A DNA stretch of 55,409 nt from contig JBDRRF010000105.1 in NCBI GenBank assembly GCA_043825875.1, forward strand, positions 1 through 55,409, written 5' to 3'. The stretch is from Pseudomonadota bacterium. GTDB taxonomy: Bacteria > Desulfobacterota > Desulfobacteria > Desulfobacterales > RPRI01. Positions 1 to 9,586 of the stretch are shown here, piece by piece. Position 1 is the first letter of the stretch. Each line of letters begins with the position of its first letter. The translations under genes and the position numbers were made by a program. The notes below the pieces were generated by a model. It saw only the letters and a program-made list of their open reading frames with translations, ran no database searches and was not told where the DNA came from.

Positions 1-56
1 GTTAAATTGCATTTATTTAATAAAATAAAAATATTTTAAATAAATTTAATTAGTTT

Positions 57-85
57 TTGACAGCATTATTCCTTTGTGCTTTATT
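57..85 (+). promoter_or_regulatory. possible sigma-70 promoter of the 157-aa gene
   Basis: Perfect TTGACA (57-62), 17-bp spacer ending TGc, then TTTATT (80-85). Confidence 0.35.
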
Positions 86-169
86 AACCAACTGCTATTT
101 ATGCGTCTGAAAATATGACGGGCCTTTGAAACGTCCGTAAAGAATTATTTTTTCCATAAGAGGTGGAAT

Positions 170-643
170 ATGAAACAAAAATATATAATTGCAAAAGATG
201 ATGAAAATAATAATTTTATTATAAGTGAATATGCCGAGCTTGATAAAGAATTATTTTCAATGCTTTGCGAAGAAACTTATAATACATCCATTATAAAGGA
301 TGCGATTTCAATAGGAAAAGATGAATTGATTGCTGCTATTCGTACTCACAATTTTTTCCCTCCTATTTTGCAGGCCGAAAAATTAGCTGAAGCAATATTA
401 GCTTTGCATGATTCGCAAAACGTTCAATCCACCGAAGTATTATTTGATGATGCCAGCCATCTTACCAAAGAGGTTGTTGAATTGTTGGAGGACGAACCCA
501 TAGACGGAGAACCGGAAGAGATAGAGGAAATATTTGATGAAAGTTTTGATGAAAAATATGACGCTAAAACTCCGATAACCGGTCGCAAAGCAAGCATTTC
601 AATTGCCGAAGATGAATTTGTTGAGGGCGATGAGGATATATAA
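170..643 (+). CDS. hypothetical protein with highly acidic C-terminal half
   Basis: 157-aa ORF, AGAGGTGG RBS upstream; D/E-rich tail; no motif recognised. Confidence 0.8.
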   Translation: MKQKYIIAKDDENNNFIISEYAELDKELFSMLCEETYNTSIIKDAISIGKDELIAAIRTHNFFPPILQAEKLAEAILALHDSQNVQSTEVLFDDASHLTKEVVELLEDEPIDGEPEEIEEIFDESFDEKYDAKTPITGRKASISIAEDEFVEGDEDI

Positions 644-648
644 CTACC

Positions 649-1419
649 TTATTTATTATCCATAATATTTTTAAGCGCCCCTTTATTTATCCATCCTCGT
701 TTTTTATCAGGCAGGCTAATAAGAGACCACCCTTCTTCTGATCTTTCATGGTGCACTACAGTACCTTCGTGAAGCTTAAACAGTAGCGTATCTTTAGCAT
801 CCGGGCCGGCATGGATATTTGCCTCTTTTTCAAGTATTATCGCCCGGTCATCCGTTTTTAGAAGATACCATTTTATGCCTAAAGAAGTACCAGAAATCAT
901 CCATACGATAAAAAGAATCATTGATGCATAGTATGTCCATTCCGTTTTTTTAAAAAGCCTGACAAAAAGAATCCCCCAGAAAAAGATGTTTAGACCGGCA
1001 AAACAGTAAAACAATTCCATCATATTTGTTGAGCCGATCCAAAAAAAAGCCATTTCCAAAAAACTCTGAGGTTCTTTTATAGCATCCTGAATCCTGTCAC
1101 GGGCATATTTTAGATTATATTTCAAATCTGCATCTCTTGGAATCAGGATACGGGCACGCTCATAATTTAAAATTGCATACCCGGAAAGATCCATGCGCAA
1201 GTAAGCATTCCCCAGATTATAATACATATGCCCGTTTTTATATCCGGCCCTTATTAACTGCGTATAACCATCTGCTGATTCAGAAAAACGGCCTTGCTTG
1301 TACGCCATGTTGGCTTTGAAATAAGTCTCCTCCCATCCGCTTGTTTGGGAATGGCTGGCAGTAATTGGAAGAATTGCCAATACGAAGATTATAATAATCA
1401 AAGCTTTAAAAGTTCTCAC
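649..1419 (-). CDS. batE: BatE-like TPR + SH3 domain protein
   Basis: Signal peptide, TPR (YYNLGNAY...AILNYERA), two TM segments, C-terminal SH3b (IHAGP...LHEGT...GWI); last gene of bat operon. Confidence 0.85.
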   Translation of the reverse strand: MRTFKALIIIIFVLAILPITASHSQTSGWEETYFKANMAYKQGRFSESADGYTQLIRAGYKNGHMYYNLGNAYLRMDLSGYAILNYERARILIPRDADLKYNLKYARDRIQDAIKEPQSFLEMAFFWIGSTNMMELFYCFAGLNIFFWGILFVRLFKKTEWTYYASMILFIVWMISGTSLGIKWYLLKTDDRAIILEKEANIHAGPDAKDTLLFKLHEGTVVHHERSEEGWSLISLPDKKRGWINKGALKNIMDNK

Positions 1420-3182
1420 CGAATCTCCTTTTCAACCTTTTTTATAATCTCTATGACCTTTCCTGCCAGATTACATACCTCATTCCCTTTGCCTGTATAA
1501 ACTGCGCTTTCTAACTCCAGAATAATATCCCGAAATCTGTCTGCCGTTTCTAAGCTGACACCTTTTGTTTTTAATATATCCTGCGCTTGGTTTGCAGTAA
1601 GTAATCCAAGCTCAAGACCAAAACGGTTATTTAAGTAATTTCGCAATTCTGATATCATATCGTTTGAACTTGCTTTCCCTTTGCTGCATTGCCGTATAAA
1701 AATCCCGGCAGCTTTTTTTATCCTGACCGCAGTCATTGCTTCTTTAGATTTTTTATTAAATTTTATAAGTATAAATGCTAATATGTAGCAAAGAAAAGGC
1801 GCGCCAAGCAGAAAAGAAATCAGCAGCGTTCTGTTATTCATCGACAATTCTTTAGTCAGAACTGCAAGGGAATCATGCACTGGCAGAATATCATGACCGA
1901 TTTCCTTAACCTCTTTTTTTACTATATTTTTGTTTTGTTCATCATCGGAAGGCATAACAGATGAGACTAACTGCTCCTTTTCTCCAGGCAGAACGATAAG
2001 TTGCAATGGCTGGGTTTCTATAGAGCGATACTGCTGTTTTTGCGTATCAAAGAAACTTACGGTTAGTGGAGATATTTCATATTGCCCTTCTTTCTCCGGT
2101 ACAAGCGCCCATTTCAATGTTTTTGAACCTTTAATACCGCTTGAATCAACAGATTCTTCAAGTACCGGCTGATCGGCATATGTTTTTATATTTTGCTGCA
2201 TCGGACCTTTCAAGTCCGGTATCATTTTTATATTTCCGTGCCCTTCTACAATTACTGTAAGAGTAGCGGAATCACCCTTTTTTATCTTCAACGGTTCAAG
2301 GCTTGCTTTCATATCGAATGTCCCAACCATACCGGTGAAACCGGAAGGTCTTCCCTGTTTCGGAAGAGGCAGAACCTTTAATTCAAGCGGCTCGCTGATC
2401 ACATTTTTTGGGGTGCCTGTCTGAACGGAGAAAAAAGGATCATCAAATATGCCAAAACCCGATCCGCGGCGAGATTGCATAACGGTAAGGCTTATCCTTG
2501 CGGGTTTTATTGCGTATGTTCCCTCTCTTGAAGGAATTAATATATAGCGGACCTCTACAACCTGATAGGATTTGTCATTATAAACACTTTGGTATTCAGA
2601 AGGTTTTCCAATCTGTTTTATAGTAAGATGTTCAGCTTCAGGAAGAGAAAGGGAAATATCTCTTACGCCGACCTGATAGTATAACTTCAGTGTATAAACA
2701 GCCTGCTCTTCTATATATACTTTCTCAGATGAAAGGCTTGCGTTTAGAAAAATTTCACCCCGGTCAATCCCTGATGAAGCTTTTGGTTTTGTGACAGTAA
2801 TCTTTTCAGTATTGCTTGTTATGGTTTTTCCGTCAATATTCAGACGGGCAGGTCCGATCTCATATGCCCCCTCTTCTTTAGGCTGTATCATATAATTGTA
2901 TTCTACTGCCGAACTGAACTTACCGTTAATTACCTCAACACGGCTTGAAGATCCTTGCTGAATAACATCAAATGAGTCAAGACCGTTAATTGAAGGCTGC
3001 AAATCTGTTGAACGAATACCGGATATTCTGACAACCATTCTTATATTGTCAACAATACTTGCCTCATTCCTATCCAGGCTCAGGTTAATCGACGGGCTGT
3101 TGCCGGCAAAACAGAATAAAGCCGTACCTGTTAAGAAATACAGCACAAAAAGCAATATAATGGCTTTTCTTACTTTATTCAT
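1416..3182 (-). CDS. batD: BatD family protein
   Basis: Signal peptide, repeated Ig-like BatD segments (VLPLP...FTGMVGTF), C-terminal TM; position in bat operon. Confidence 0.9.
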   Translation of the reverse strand: MNKVRKAIILLFVLYFLTGTALFCFAGNSPSINLSLDRNEASIVDNIRMVVRISGIRSTDLQPSINGLDSFDVIQQGSSSRVEVINGKFSSAVEYNYMIQPKEEGAYEIGPARLNIDGKTITSNTEKITVTKPKASSGIDRGEIFLNASLSSEKVYIEEQAVYTLKLYYQVGVRDISLSLPEAEHLTIKQIGKPSEYQSVYNDKSYQVVEVRYILIPSREGTYAIKPARISLTVMQSRRGSGFGIFDDPFFSVQTGTPKNVISEPLELKVLPLPKQGRPSGFTGMVGTFDMKASLEPLKIKKGDSATLTVIVEGHGNIKMIPDLKGPMQQNIKTYADQPVLEESVDSSGIKGSKTLKWALVPEKEGQYEISPLTVSFFDTQKQQYRSIETQPLQLIVLPGEKEQLVSSVMPSDDEQNKNIVKKEVKEIGHDILPVHDSLAVLTKELSMNNRTLLISFLLGAPFLCYILAFILIKFNKKSKEAMTAVRIKKAAGIFIRQCSKGKASSNDMISELRNYLNNRFGLELGLLTANQAQDILKTKGVSLETADRFRDIILELESAVYTGKGNEVCNLAGKVIEIIKKVEKEIR

Positions 3183-3440
3183 CTACCAGTCCTTTCCTGA
3201 GCGCATAGTGTCTTTATCTTTACCGGCTTGAAACTTGAAGAATTTTGAACGATCCTCCCTGACACTGTCTATCAATGCATCAGCCTTTTTCTTATCAAGT
3301 GCAAACGCACTTTTATCCGGTTTCATTTTTCCCTTCTGCTGCTGCATCTGATCCAAAGGGTTCTGTTCTATTAAAGGACTTTGAGAAAGATCTTTAGATC
3401 CACCCTGTTTATCAGTGTTTTCCGAATTTTGTTTTTTCTC
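3183..3440 (-). pseudogene. batC: 3' fragment of batC (TPR protein) detached by IS110 insertion
   Basis: Stop-free frame EKKQNSENTDKQ...MRSGKDW* ending in the KDW motif typical of BatC; its TAG abuts the batD ATG; joins in frame with 5118..5747. Confidence 0.85.
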
Positions 3441-3455
3441 CCAATAAACTTTAAA

Positions 3456-4853
3456 TTATATTGTTGATGGCACAGCAATATCAGTCCCAGCCACATCAGC
3501 TGCTTCCACCAGTTTCAGGCCAAATTGTTTAGCTCGGTTTTTCATGTTTTTTATTATTCTCTGTTTATATTGCATCTCATAATGTTCTACTCCTTTATCT
3601 ACGTATTCAGTCCCATTCTTAAGCATGCTATAAACAAGCCGGGCCAGTTTGTGTGCTGTGGCTGTTACTGCACCGGGTTTGCCAATTCGTGAACTCATTC
3701 TTCTATAATATGCGCCAAGTGCTGTTTGGCTGCGCCACAAATTCGTTGCTGCTAATCTTAATGCAGCCGCTACTTTATTGGCACATAGCTTTGTTTTACT
3801 TGAAATTGATTTTCCTCCTGAAACTTTATTTCCAGGGCTTAATCCCAACCATGATGCAAAATGCTTTGATGTTTTCCAGGGAGCTACACTAAATCCAACC
3901 TCAGATAAAATGGTAAGTGCGCTGCTTTCATTAATCCCGTCAATTCGTGTAAGATCCACGCCGCTCTTTTCATATAATAAACTGCGTACATCAAATTTAG
4001 GTTGATTCTTTCCGGCTGTTTTTCTTTTTCCCTCAAGAGGATTCTCTTTGATATCTATTACCCTTTTAAATGATTGGAGGGTCTTCTCTATCTCTTGATC
4101 ACATTCTGATATTTTGGTTTGATAGTATTCATAAAGCTCTAAAGCCTGTTTTAGTGCAAATACATGCTCTGACCTATAATTACCTTCCAATGATTTAACA
4201 ATTGTCTGGTAATCGTTTTTGCATCGAACATCCCTGAATTCAGCTAATTTTAAGGGATCACGTTCTCCGCCTACAATTGCATGAATAATTCGCATGCCGG
4301 TAACACCTGTTATATCGCTAATCACATTATGCAAACGAAGGTTCATCAAACTTAAGGCTTTTTGCATATGTAAAACATGAGATGATACAAACCTGACTAA
4401 ATTGGAACGGTGCCTATGTAAGGATCTAATCACACAGATATCTTCAGATGGTCTAAACGCACCTGCCAATAAACCATAAGTATGAAGTTGCTGAAGCCAC
4501 TGACAATCTAAAACATCTGTTTTTCTGCCGCTTACATTCTTAACATGCCGTGCATTGACCAGTTTAACCTCAAAGCCTTCAGATTCAAGATGGTCATACA
4601 GCGGTATCCAATAAACGCCTGTAGATTCCATGGCGATTGTATCTACTTTGCATTTCTTTAACCAGGATGCAATATTGTGAAGATCACAGGTAAAACTGCT
4701 GAATTCTCGTACAGATTCTTTATCACGACCTTCCGGAACTGCTACAAAATGACTTTCAGATCCAATATCAATCCCAGCAGCATTTATATTAATATGTTGT
4801 AAATGCAATGGTAACTTATTGTTTTTGATTTTGCTTTTTTTCTTGATTTTCAT
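3456..4853 (-). CDS. IS110 family DEDD transposase/recombinase (~465 aa)
   Basis: GIDIG, MESTG, KTDVLD (DEDD RuvC-like) and C-terminal PGNKVSGG serine motif; start set at MKIKKK (4853) rather than 5072. Confidence 0.93.
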   Translation of the reverse strand: MKIKKKSKIKNNKLPLHLQHININAAGIDIGSESHFVAVPEGRDKESVREFSSFTCDLHNIASWLKKCKVDTIAMESTGVYWIPLYDHLESEGFEVKLVNARHVKNVSGRKTDVLDCQWLQQLHTYGLLAGAFRPSEDICVIRSLHRHRSNLVRFVSSHVLHMQKALSLMNLRLHNVISDITGVTGMRIIHAIVGGERDPLKLAEFRDVRCKNDYQTIVKSLEGNYRSEHVFALKQALELYEYYQTKISECDQEIEKTLQSFKRVIDIKENPLEGKRKTAGKNQPKFDVRSLLYEKSGVDLTRIDGINESSALTILSEVGFSVAPWKTSKHFASWLGLSPGNKVSGGKSISSKTKLCANKVAAALRLAATNLWRSQTALGAYYRRMSSRIGKPGAVTATAHKLARLVYSMLKNGTEYVDKGVEHYEMQYKQRIIKNMKNRAKQFGLKLVEAADVAGTDIAVPSTI

Positions 4854-4859
4854 TATGCT

Positions 4860-5100
4860 TATCCCCATCGTTATTTTGTTGGCGATGTGTTTTGAATAAG
4901 CGGTGTCGATAAAATGCAATCTCCCAAACGGGATAGCGTCGGGCTTCACCAGTGAGGTTGCCGCCACCTGCCTGGACCATGCTCCTTTGCGGGTATTAAA
5001 CACCGATGGAAAACCGGTCTTCTTTTCAGAACACATCGCTTTCTCTTGGTGTATCATATCTCTCCCTTCCACGCCTTCAGTTTATCCCTTTGGTTAATTT
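4860..5100 (-). ncRNA. candidate IS110 bridge RNA in the non-coding left end (boundaries approximate)
   Basis: 14/15-bp long-range stem 4882-4896 / 5025-5039 enclosing two parallel GGTG...CCCG-N4-GGAG modules that match target and donor junctions. Confidence 0.65.
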
Positions 5101-5117
5101 GCGAAGCAATCTACGAG

Positions 5118-5747
5118 CTCCTTATTATTTAAAGCTTCGTTCCGTTTGCCGGATTCATCCTTATCCTTATCGCTTTTATCTTCCATATTTTTCGAAGATT
5201 GCTTATCGGATGCTTTTTGGTTTTTATTATCATTGTTTTTATTTTCCCCGGACTGGTCCGGCTTGTCTTCTTTCTTTTTAGAATCCTGCCGGGATTCGTT
5301 ATTCCGGTCTTTATTCTTTTGCTTTTGTTTTTCAAGCTCTCGCAAACAAAGCTCCAGATTGTATCCGGCATCTTTATTTCCGGGATTACTTATAATTGCC
5401 TGCTTGTAATATGATGCTGCCGACTCAAAATCTTTTTGCTTAAATGCGGTATTTCCAAGATTATACAACGCCTTATATTTTGTCTCTTTATCTGTCGTTC
5501 TTTTTAAAACACTGGAGAAGGCAGCGATAGCTGCTTTATAATCGGAATTTTTATACGCAGCACAACCCCTGTTATAACGAAAGCGTATATCCTTTGGGTG
5601 ATTCATATCAGCTTCTGTATATGCTTTCTGCGCTTCTGCAAATTTTCCTTGTTTGTAAAGAGAATCAGGATCATTTGCAGCTTTGGCAGTACTTGCATAT
5701 AAAAAAGCTATAATAATTATCATTACTGATAAAAAATATCGTATCAA
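5118..5747 (-). pseudogene. batC: 5' part of batC (signal peptide + TPR repeats + K/D/N/Q-rich linker), interrupted by IS110
   Basis: TPR motifs (YNRGCAAYK, YNLGNTAFK, AGYNLEL); reads 7 codons into the IS and stops at 5094. Confidence 0.88.
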
Positions 5748-6748
5748 TTTTTTATCTTCTCCCTTTCAACTATCAATACCTCTAAAACCAAAAACAAAAA
5801 CACTGTTATCAAAAAAAAGCTGAAACGTTCTTCATATACCTTGATTTTACCGCTCTTTAAGGTTTTTGAAGTTGTCAGTGTTTTTATCCCGTCAAAATAT
5901 ATAAGATCAAGGTCAAGGTCTCCTGTCACGGAACGCGTATAACGGCCTCCTGTCATGGATGCAATTTTTTGGAGAGCATCCTCATTAATTTTTGACATTA
6001 TAACACCACCATCTTGATCTTTTCTGAATCCACCGGTTCCGTCAATAGCAGGAATAGGCCCGCCTGACGTATCACCCATACCGAACACAAATATTTTTAC
6101 CTCTTTTTCTTTCGCCTTTTCCGCCGCCTCAATACACCTTCCCTCATTATCTTCGCCATCTGTTATAAGTATAATTACTTTGTCTGTTTCTACCTTAAAG
6201 TCAAACGCCGAAAGGCCCGTTTCAATAGCCGTTCCCAAATCCGTTCCCGCCAACGGAATAAGATCCGGTTTCAGTTCACCCAGAAACATTTGTAAAGCTC
6301 CGTAATCCAATGTAAGCGGACATTGTACGAATGCAAGTCCTGAAAAAGCAACCAGGCCTATGCGGTCTCCCTGCACTATATTCAACAAATCCAGCACTTC
6401 ACGCCGTGCCCTTTCAACACGGTTGGGTTTTATATCTTCAACCAGCATGCTGGGCGAAACATCAACAAGTATCATTATATCAACACCTTTTTGGGAGACA
6501 TCCTGGTAATGGCTGCCCCAACGAGGACCTGCCAGAGCAAAAATCATTAAACCCAAAGCACAAAGCAGTAATACCGCTTTAGCAAATATTCTTCCTTTAT
6601 GCATTTTTCCGGCAACCCGAACCAGCAAGTCCGGATCGGCGATAAGATCAAGGGCTTTCTTCTTTTGTCTGAATCCAAAAATAATAAGAATTCCAATTGC
6701 GGGCAAAAGCCATAAAAAATGCAATATCCACAGACGCGCAAAAGTCAT
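5744..6748 (-). CDS. batB: BatB-like VWA domain protein
   Basis: MIDAS DVSPSM, ITDGED; N- and C-terminal TM. Confidence 0.9.
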   Translation of the reverse strand: MTFARLWILHFLWLLPAIGILIIFGFRQKKKALDLIADPDLLVRVAGKMHKGRIFAKAVLLLCALGLMIFALAGPRWGSHYQDVSQKGVDIMILVDVSPSMLVEDIKPNRVERARREVLDLLNIVQGDRIGLVAFSGLAFVQCPLTLDYGALQMFLGELKPDLIPLAGTDLGTAIETGLSAFDFKVETDKVIILITDGEDNEGRCIEAAEKAKEKEVKIFVFGMGDTSGGPIPAIDGTGGFRKDQDGGVIMSKINEDALQKIASMTGGRYTRSVTGDLDLDLIYFDGIKTLTTSKTLKSGKIKVYEERFSFFLITVFLFLVLEVLIVEREKIKN

Positions 6749-7740
6749 GGTATGATCCTTAAAATTGTTGTTTTTAAAATCAACTCCGATACCAGAAGAA
6801 TTATCGCAGGAATAAGAAAATAATAATACAGCTCTCTAAAATTAAAAAATTCCTTTACTTTAACCTCCGTCTTTTCCGCTTTGTTAATAATATTATATAT
6901 ATCGGCAAGTTGTTTACTGTCAGCAGCTCTGTAATATTTCCCTTTTCCTATCGTTGCAATTTTAATTAATGTTTGCTCATCAAGATCAACTCTCTGCCTG
7001 ACTATACGCTGGCCGAAAAACGTATTGACCTTAAATGGAGCAGGACCCGTTCCTCCAACACCTATAGTATAAATTTTAATGCCCAGTGCAGCAGCCGCAT
7101 CAGCAGCTTCCTCAGGTGTTATATCACCGGCATTACTTCTGCCGTCTGTCAGGATTATCATAATTTTTGATTTTGCCTTAAGGTCTTTTAGCCTTTTACC
7201 GGCAATAGCTATTGCATTTCCTATCGCTGTGCTGTCACCAGCCATGCCGATCTTCATCTTTTCAACAAGATCAAGAAGCAAACCCTTATCCATAGTCAAA
7301 GGAGACTGAGTAAAGGCTTCCTCTCCGAATACCACAAGACCTATCCTGTCTGTCTCCCTTTTTGTTATAAATTCGGTTATTACCTTCTTAACAACTGCCA
7401 GTCTGGTTACAGGCTCTCCATCAAGCTTAAAATCCATAGCCTGCATGGATCCTGATGTATCAATACACAATATAATATCCACCCCCGAAGAACGTATATC
7501 TCTTGACACATTATACATTTGGGGTCTTGCTGAAGCTATAACAAGGAGAACAAGGCAAAAAGCTCTAAGAACAATCGGAAGCCATGCAATATAGCGGCTG
7601 CCGCTACCGGTTACCGCAGATAAACGGGATGCACATGAGTGTGTAATGCCCTGGCTTCTTCGCTTAAATACAAAAAACACCAATACCGGAATCACAACAA
7701 GCAGAAAGAGAATAACCGGATATTGCAATCTGAACATCAT
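6745..7740 (-). CDS. batA: BatA-like VWA domain protein
   Basis: ARPQ, MIDAS DTSGSM, QSPLT, LTDGRSN, IYTIGVG. Confidence 0.92.
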   Translation of the reverse strand: MMFRLQYPVILFLLVVIPVLVFFVFKRRSQGITHSCASRLSAVTGSGSRYIAWLPIVLRAFCLVLLVIASARPQMYNVSRDIRSSGVDIILCIDTSGSMQAMDFKLDGEPVTRLAVVKKVITEFITKRETDRIGLVVFGEEAFTQSPLTMDKGLLLDLVEKMKIGMAGDSTAIGNAIAIAGKRLKDLKAKSKIMIILTDGRSNAGDITPEEAADAAAALGIKIYTIGVGGTGPAPFKVNTFFGQRIVRQRVDLDEQTLIKIATIGKGKYYRAADSKQLADIYNIINKAEKTEVKVKEFFNFRELYYYFLIPAIILLVSELILKTTILRIIP

Positions 7741-8711
7741 TTATCAATTCCTGTATTGCTTTCCGGAATATCTTTTGTCTCATACACCGGAGCCGTTTCC
7801 TCAATATATTTTATCGCCATAGCCACTTCTTCTTCTTTTTCCACCGCTATCGGAATACTATCTGCAAACTTTACAAGATCTGAGTGACGCAGCAAAGGAA
7901 GAATTTGTCTATCTTTTTCATTATCAATGCGAGACATAATTTCTTCAGTCGTGTATTCTGCTGCCGGAAATCCGCGGATGTTTTCGAGGTATCGTTTTAT
8001 AATTTCTGAAAATCTAAAATAAAACTCTTTAGTATTACCTTTTTCGAAAAGCCCTTTAGCTTCAAGCTCCTCTATATCTTTTCTTGCCCGGATATGCGGT
8101 GGGTCGGAATATTCTAAAATTAATTTTCTTTGCTTATATATTTTGTACCAGCGAAACATTAAGAAACCAGCTATCAGCACAACAATGAAAGCAAATATCA
8201 ATGGCCAGTATTTTAATAATAGGGGTCTCGTGGGTATGATTCCCTGTATGGGTCGAAGCTGTGCTTTTAATGGGTTATCACCAAGATTGGACGATACCTT
8301 AAGCGAAATTGGTTTAGCAGTTAAAACCTGTTTTTTTTGGTCTTTATCAAGATAGGAAAAAGAGATCTCACCTGTTTTTAGCAACCCGGGTTGGCTCGCA
8401 AATAAACTTATTATTATTTTAGCAGGGTATATATGTTGTTTAACAATTGTAAAGCCTTCAAGTCCTTTGACTTCTATCGGCTTGTTTATAGTGGCGCCTT
8501 TGGGCAGATTAAAAGATAAAGTTAAATTAAAAATACTTCCGGCTTTTACGGTGTTTTTGTCCAATGAAGCTTTAAGGTTTATCGTTTTATCTGTTGTATT
8601 ATCCGGTGTATTATCTTTTTTATTATCCATGGAAAAACAGTATAAGGGATAGATAAATAAACATAAAAGAAGAATTGGTATGAAGCAGATTTTACAAACC
8701 GGCCTTTTCAC
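7737..8711 (-). CDS. Bat-operon membrane protein (DUF4381-like)
   Basis: Signal peptide, single TM, C-terminal YTTEEI...DLVKFA motif; sits between DUF58 and batA. Confidence 0.8.
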   Translation of the reverse strand: MKRPVCKICFIPILLLCLFIYPLYCFSMDNKKDNTPDNTTDKTINLKASLDKNTVKAGSIFNLTLSFNLPKGATINKPIEVKGLEGFTIVKQHIYPAKIIISLFASQPGLLKTGEISFSYLDKDQKKQVLTAKPISLKVSSNLGDNPLKAQLRPIQGIIPTRPLLLKYWPLIFAFIVVLIAGFLMFRWYKIYKQRKLILEYSDPPHIRARKDIEELEAKGLFEKGNTKEFYFRFSEIIKRYLENIRGFPAAEYTTEEIMSRIDNEKDRQILPLLRHSDLVKFADSIPIAVEKEEEVAMAIKYIEETAPVYETKDIPESNTGIDK

Positions 8712-9583
8712 AATCTTTTTCTCCTTTTTTCAAAAAGGCGCATTAAAGGTTCAACTATCGGTCCGTCTGTTGAAAGCTCCAATAGATCAATTCCTGATTT
8801 TTTTGTAATTTCTGACAGATATTTTTTTTGCCTTTCCTGTTCTGTAAAAAATATTTTTTTAAATTCCCTGTTTGATGTGTTAACCAGCAATTCCTGATTA
8901 GTCTCAGGATCACGAAGTATAGTAAAACCCACTTCAGGCAGTTTTTCTTCAGCCGGATCGGATATGCGGATAATTGTGAGATCATGCTTTTTAGCCGTCA
9001 GTTTTAATGATTTCTCAAAATCACTGTCTATAAAATCTGATATTAAAAAAACTATGGCATGCCGCTTTACTACTCTGTTAAGATATATTAAAGCCTTGTC
9101 TATATCAGTTTTAAGATCTTGCGGTTCATAACTGAATATTTCTTTGATAAGGCGCCATACATGAGATACTCCCTTTTTAGGAGGTATATATTTTTCTACC
9201 ATTGAGCTAAACAGTACAGCCCCGACCTTATCATTAGTCCGGATGGCAAGAAATGCGATCATACCGGCCACTTCTGCCAACAGATCTCTTTTGAACTTTT
9301 TTCTTGTGCCAAACAGGTGTGAGCCGGAAAGATCCAGTAAAAGTATTACGGTAAGCTCTCTTTCCTCGTGAAATACTTTTACGAATGGGTGACCAACACG
9401 AGCCGATACATTCCAGTCAATATTACGGACATCATCACCTGGCTGGTATTCTCTGACTTCCGCAAACTCGATACCATGGCCTTTGAATGCGCTTTCATAC
9501 TGACCGGCAAAAAGATCGCTGGCCATTTTGCTTGTTTTAAAATGAAGCTTTTGAATTTTTTTAAAAAGCTCTTCGGAAAGCAT
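8708..9583 (-). CDS. DUF58 domain protein (MoxR-associated)
   Basis: GIEFAEVREYQPGDDVRNIDWNVSAR, ISDF motif. Confidence 0.93.
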   Translation of the reverse strand: MLSEELFKKIQKLHFKTSKMASDLFAGQYESAFKGHGIEFAEVREYQPGDDVRNIDWNVSARVGHPFVKVFHEERELTVILLLDLSGSHLFGTRKKFKRDLLAEVAGMIAFLAIRTNDKVGAVLFSSMVEKYIPPKKGVSHVWRLIKEIFSYEPQDLKTDIDKALIYLNRVVKRHAIVFLISDFIDSDFEKSLKLTAKKHDLTIIRISDPAEEKLPEVGFTILRDPETNQELLVNTSNREFKKIFFTEQERQKKYLSEITKKSGIDLLELSTDGPIVEPLMRLFEKRRKRL

Positions 9584-9586
9584 ATA

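Larger units (their letters stand above)
3441..5120 (-). mobile_element. IS110-family insertion sequence, 1680 bp
   Basis: CTCC (GGAG on - strand) at both junctions (3438-3441, 5118-5121); removal restores batC; no terminal inverted repeats; short right end, long non-coding left end. Confidence 0.92.

Noticed and set aside
4854..5072. 73-aa N-terminal extension of the IS110 transposase in the ORF track
   Set aside because: The first catalytic Asp (GIDIG) would sit ~100 aa in; the region is better explained as the structured non-coding left end
3183..5747. batC halves and transposase all share one reading frame (possible read-through fusion or intein-like behaviour)
   Set aside because: Two in-frame TAA stops precede the transposase and one follows it; a shared frame is expected by chance about 1 time in 9
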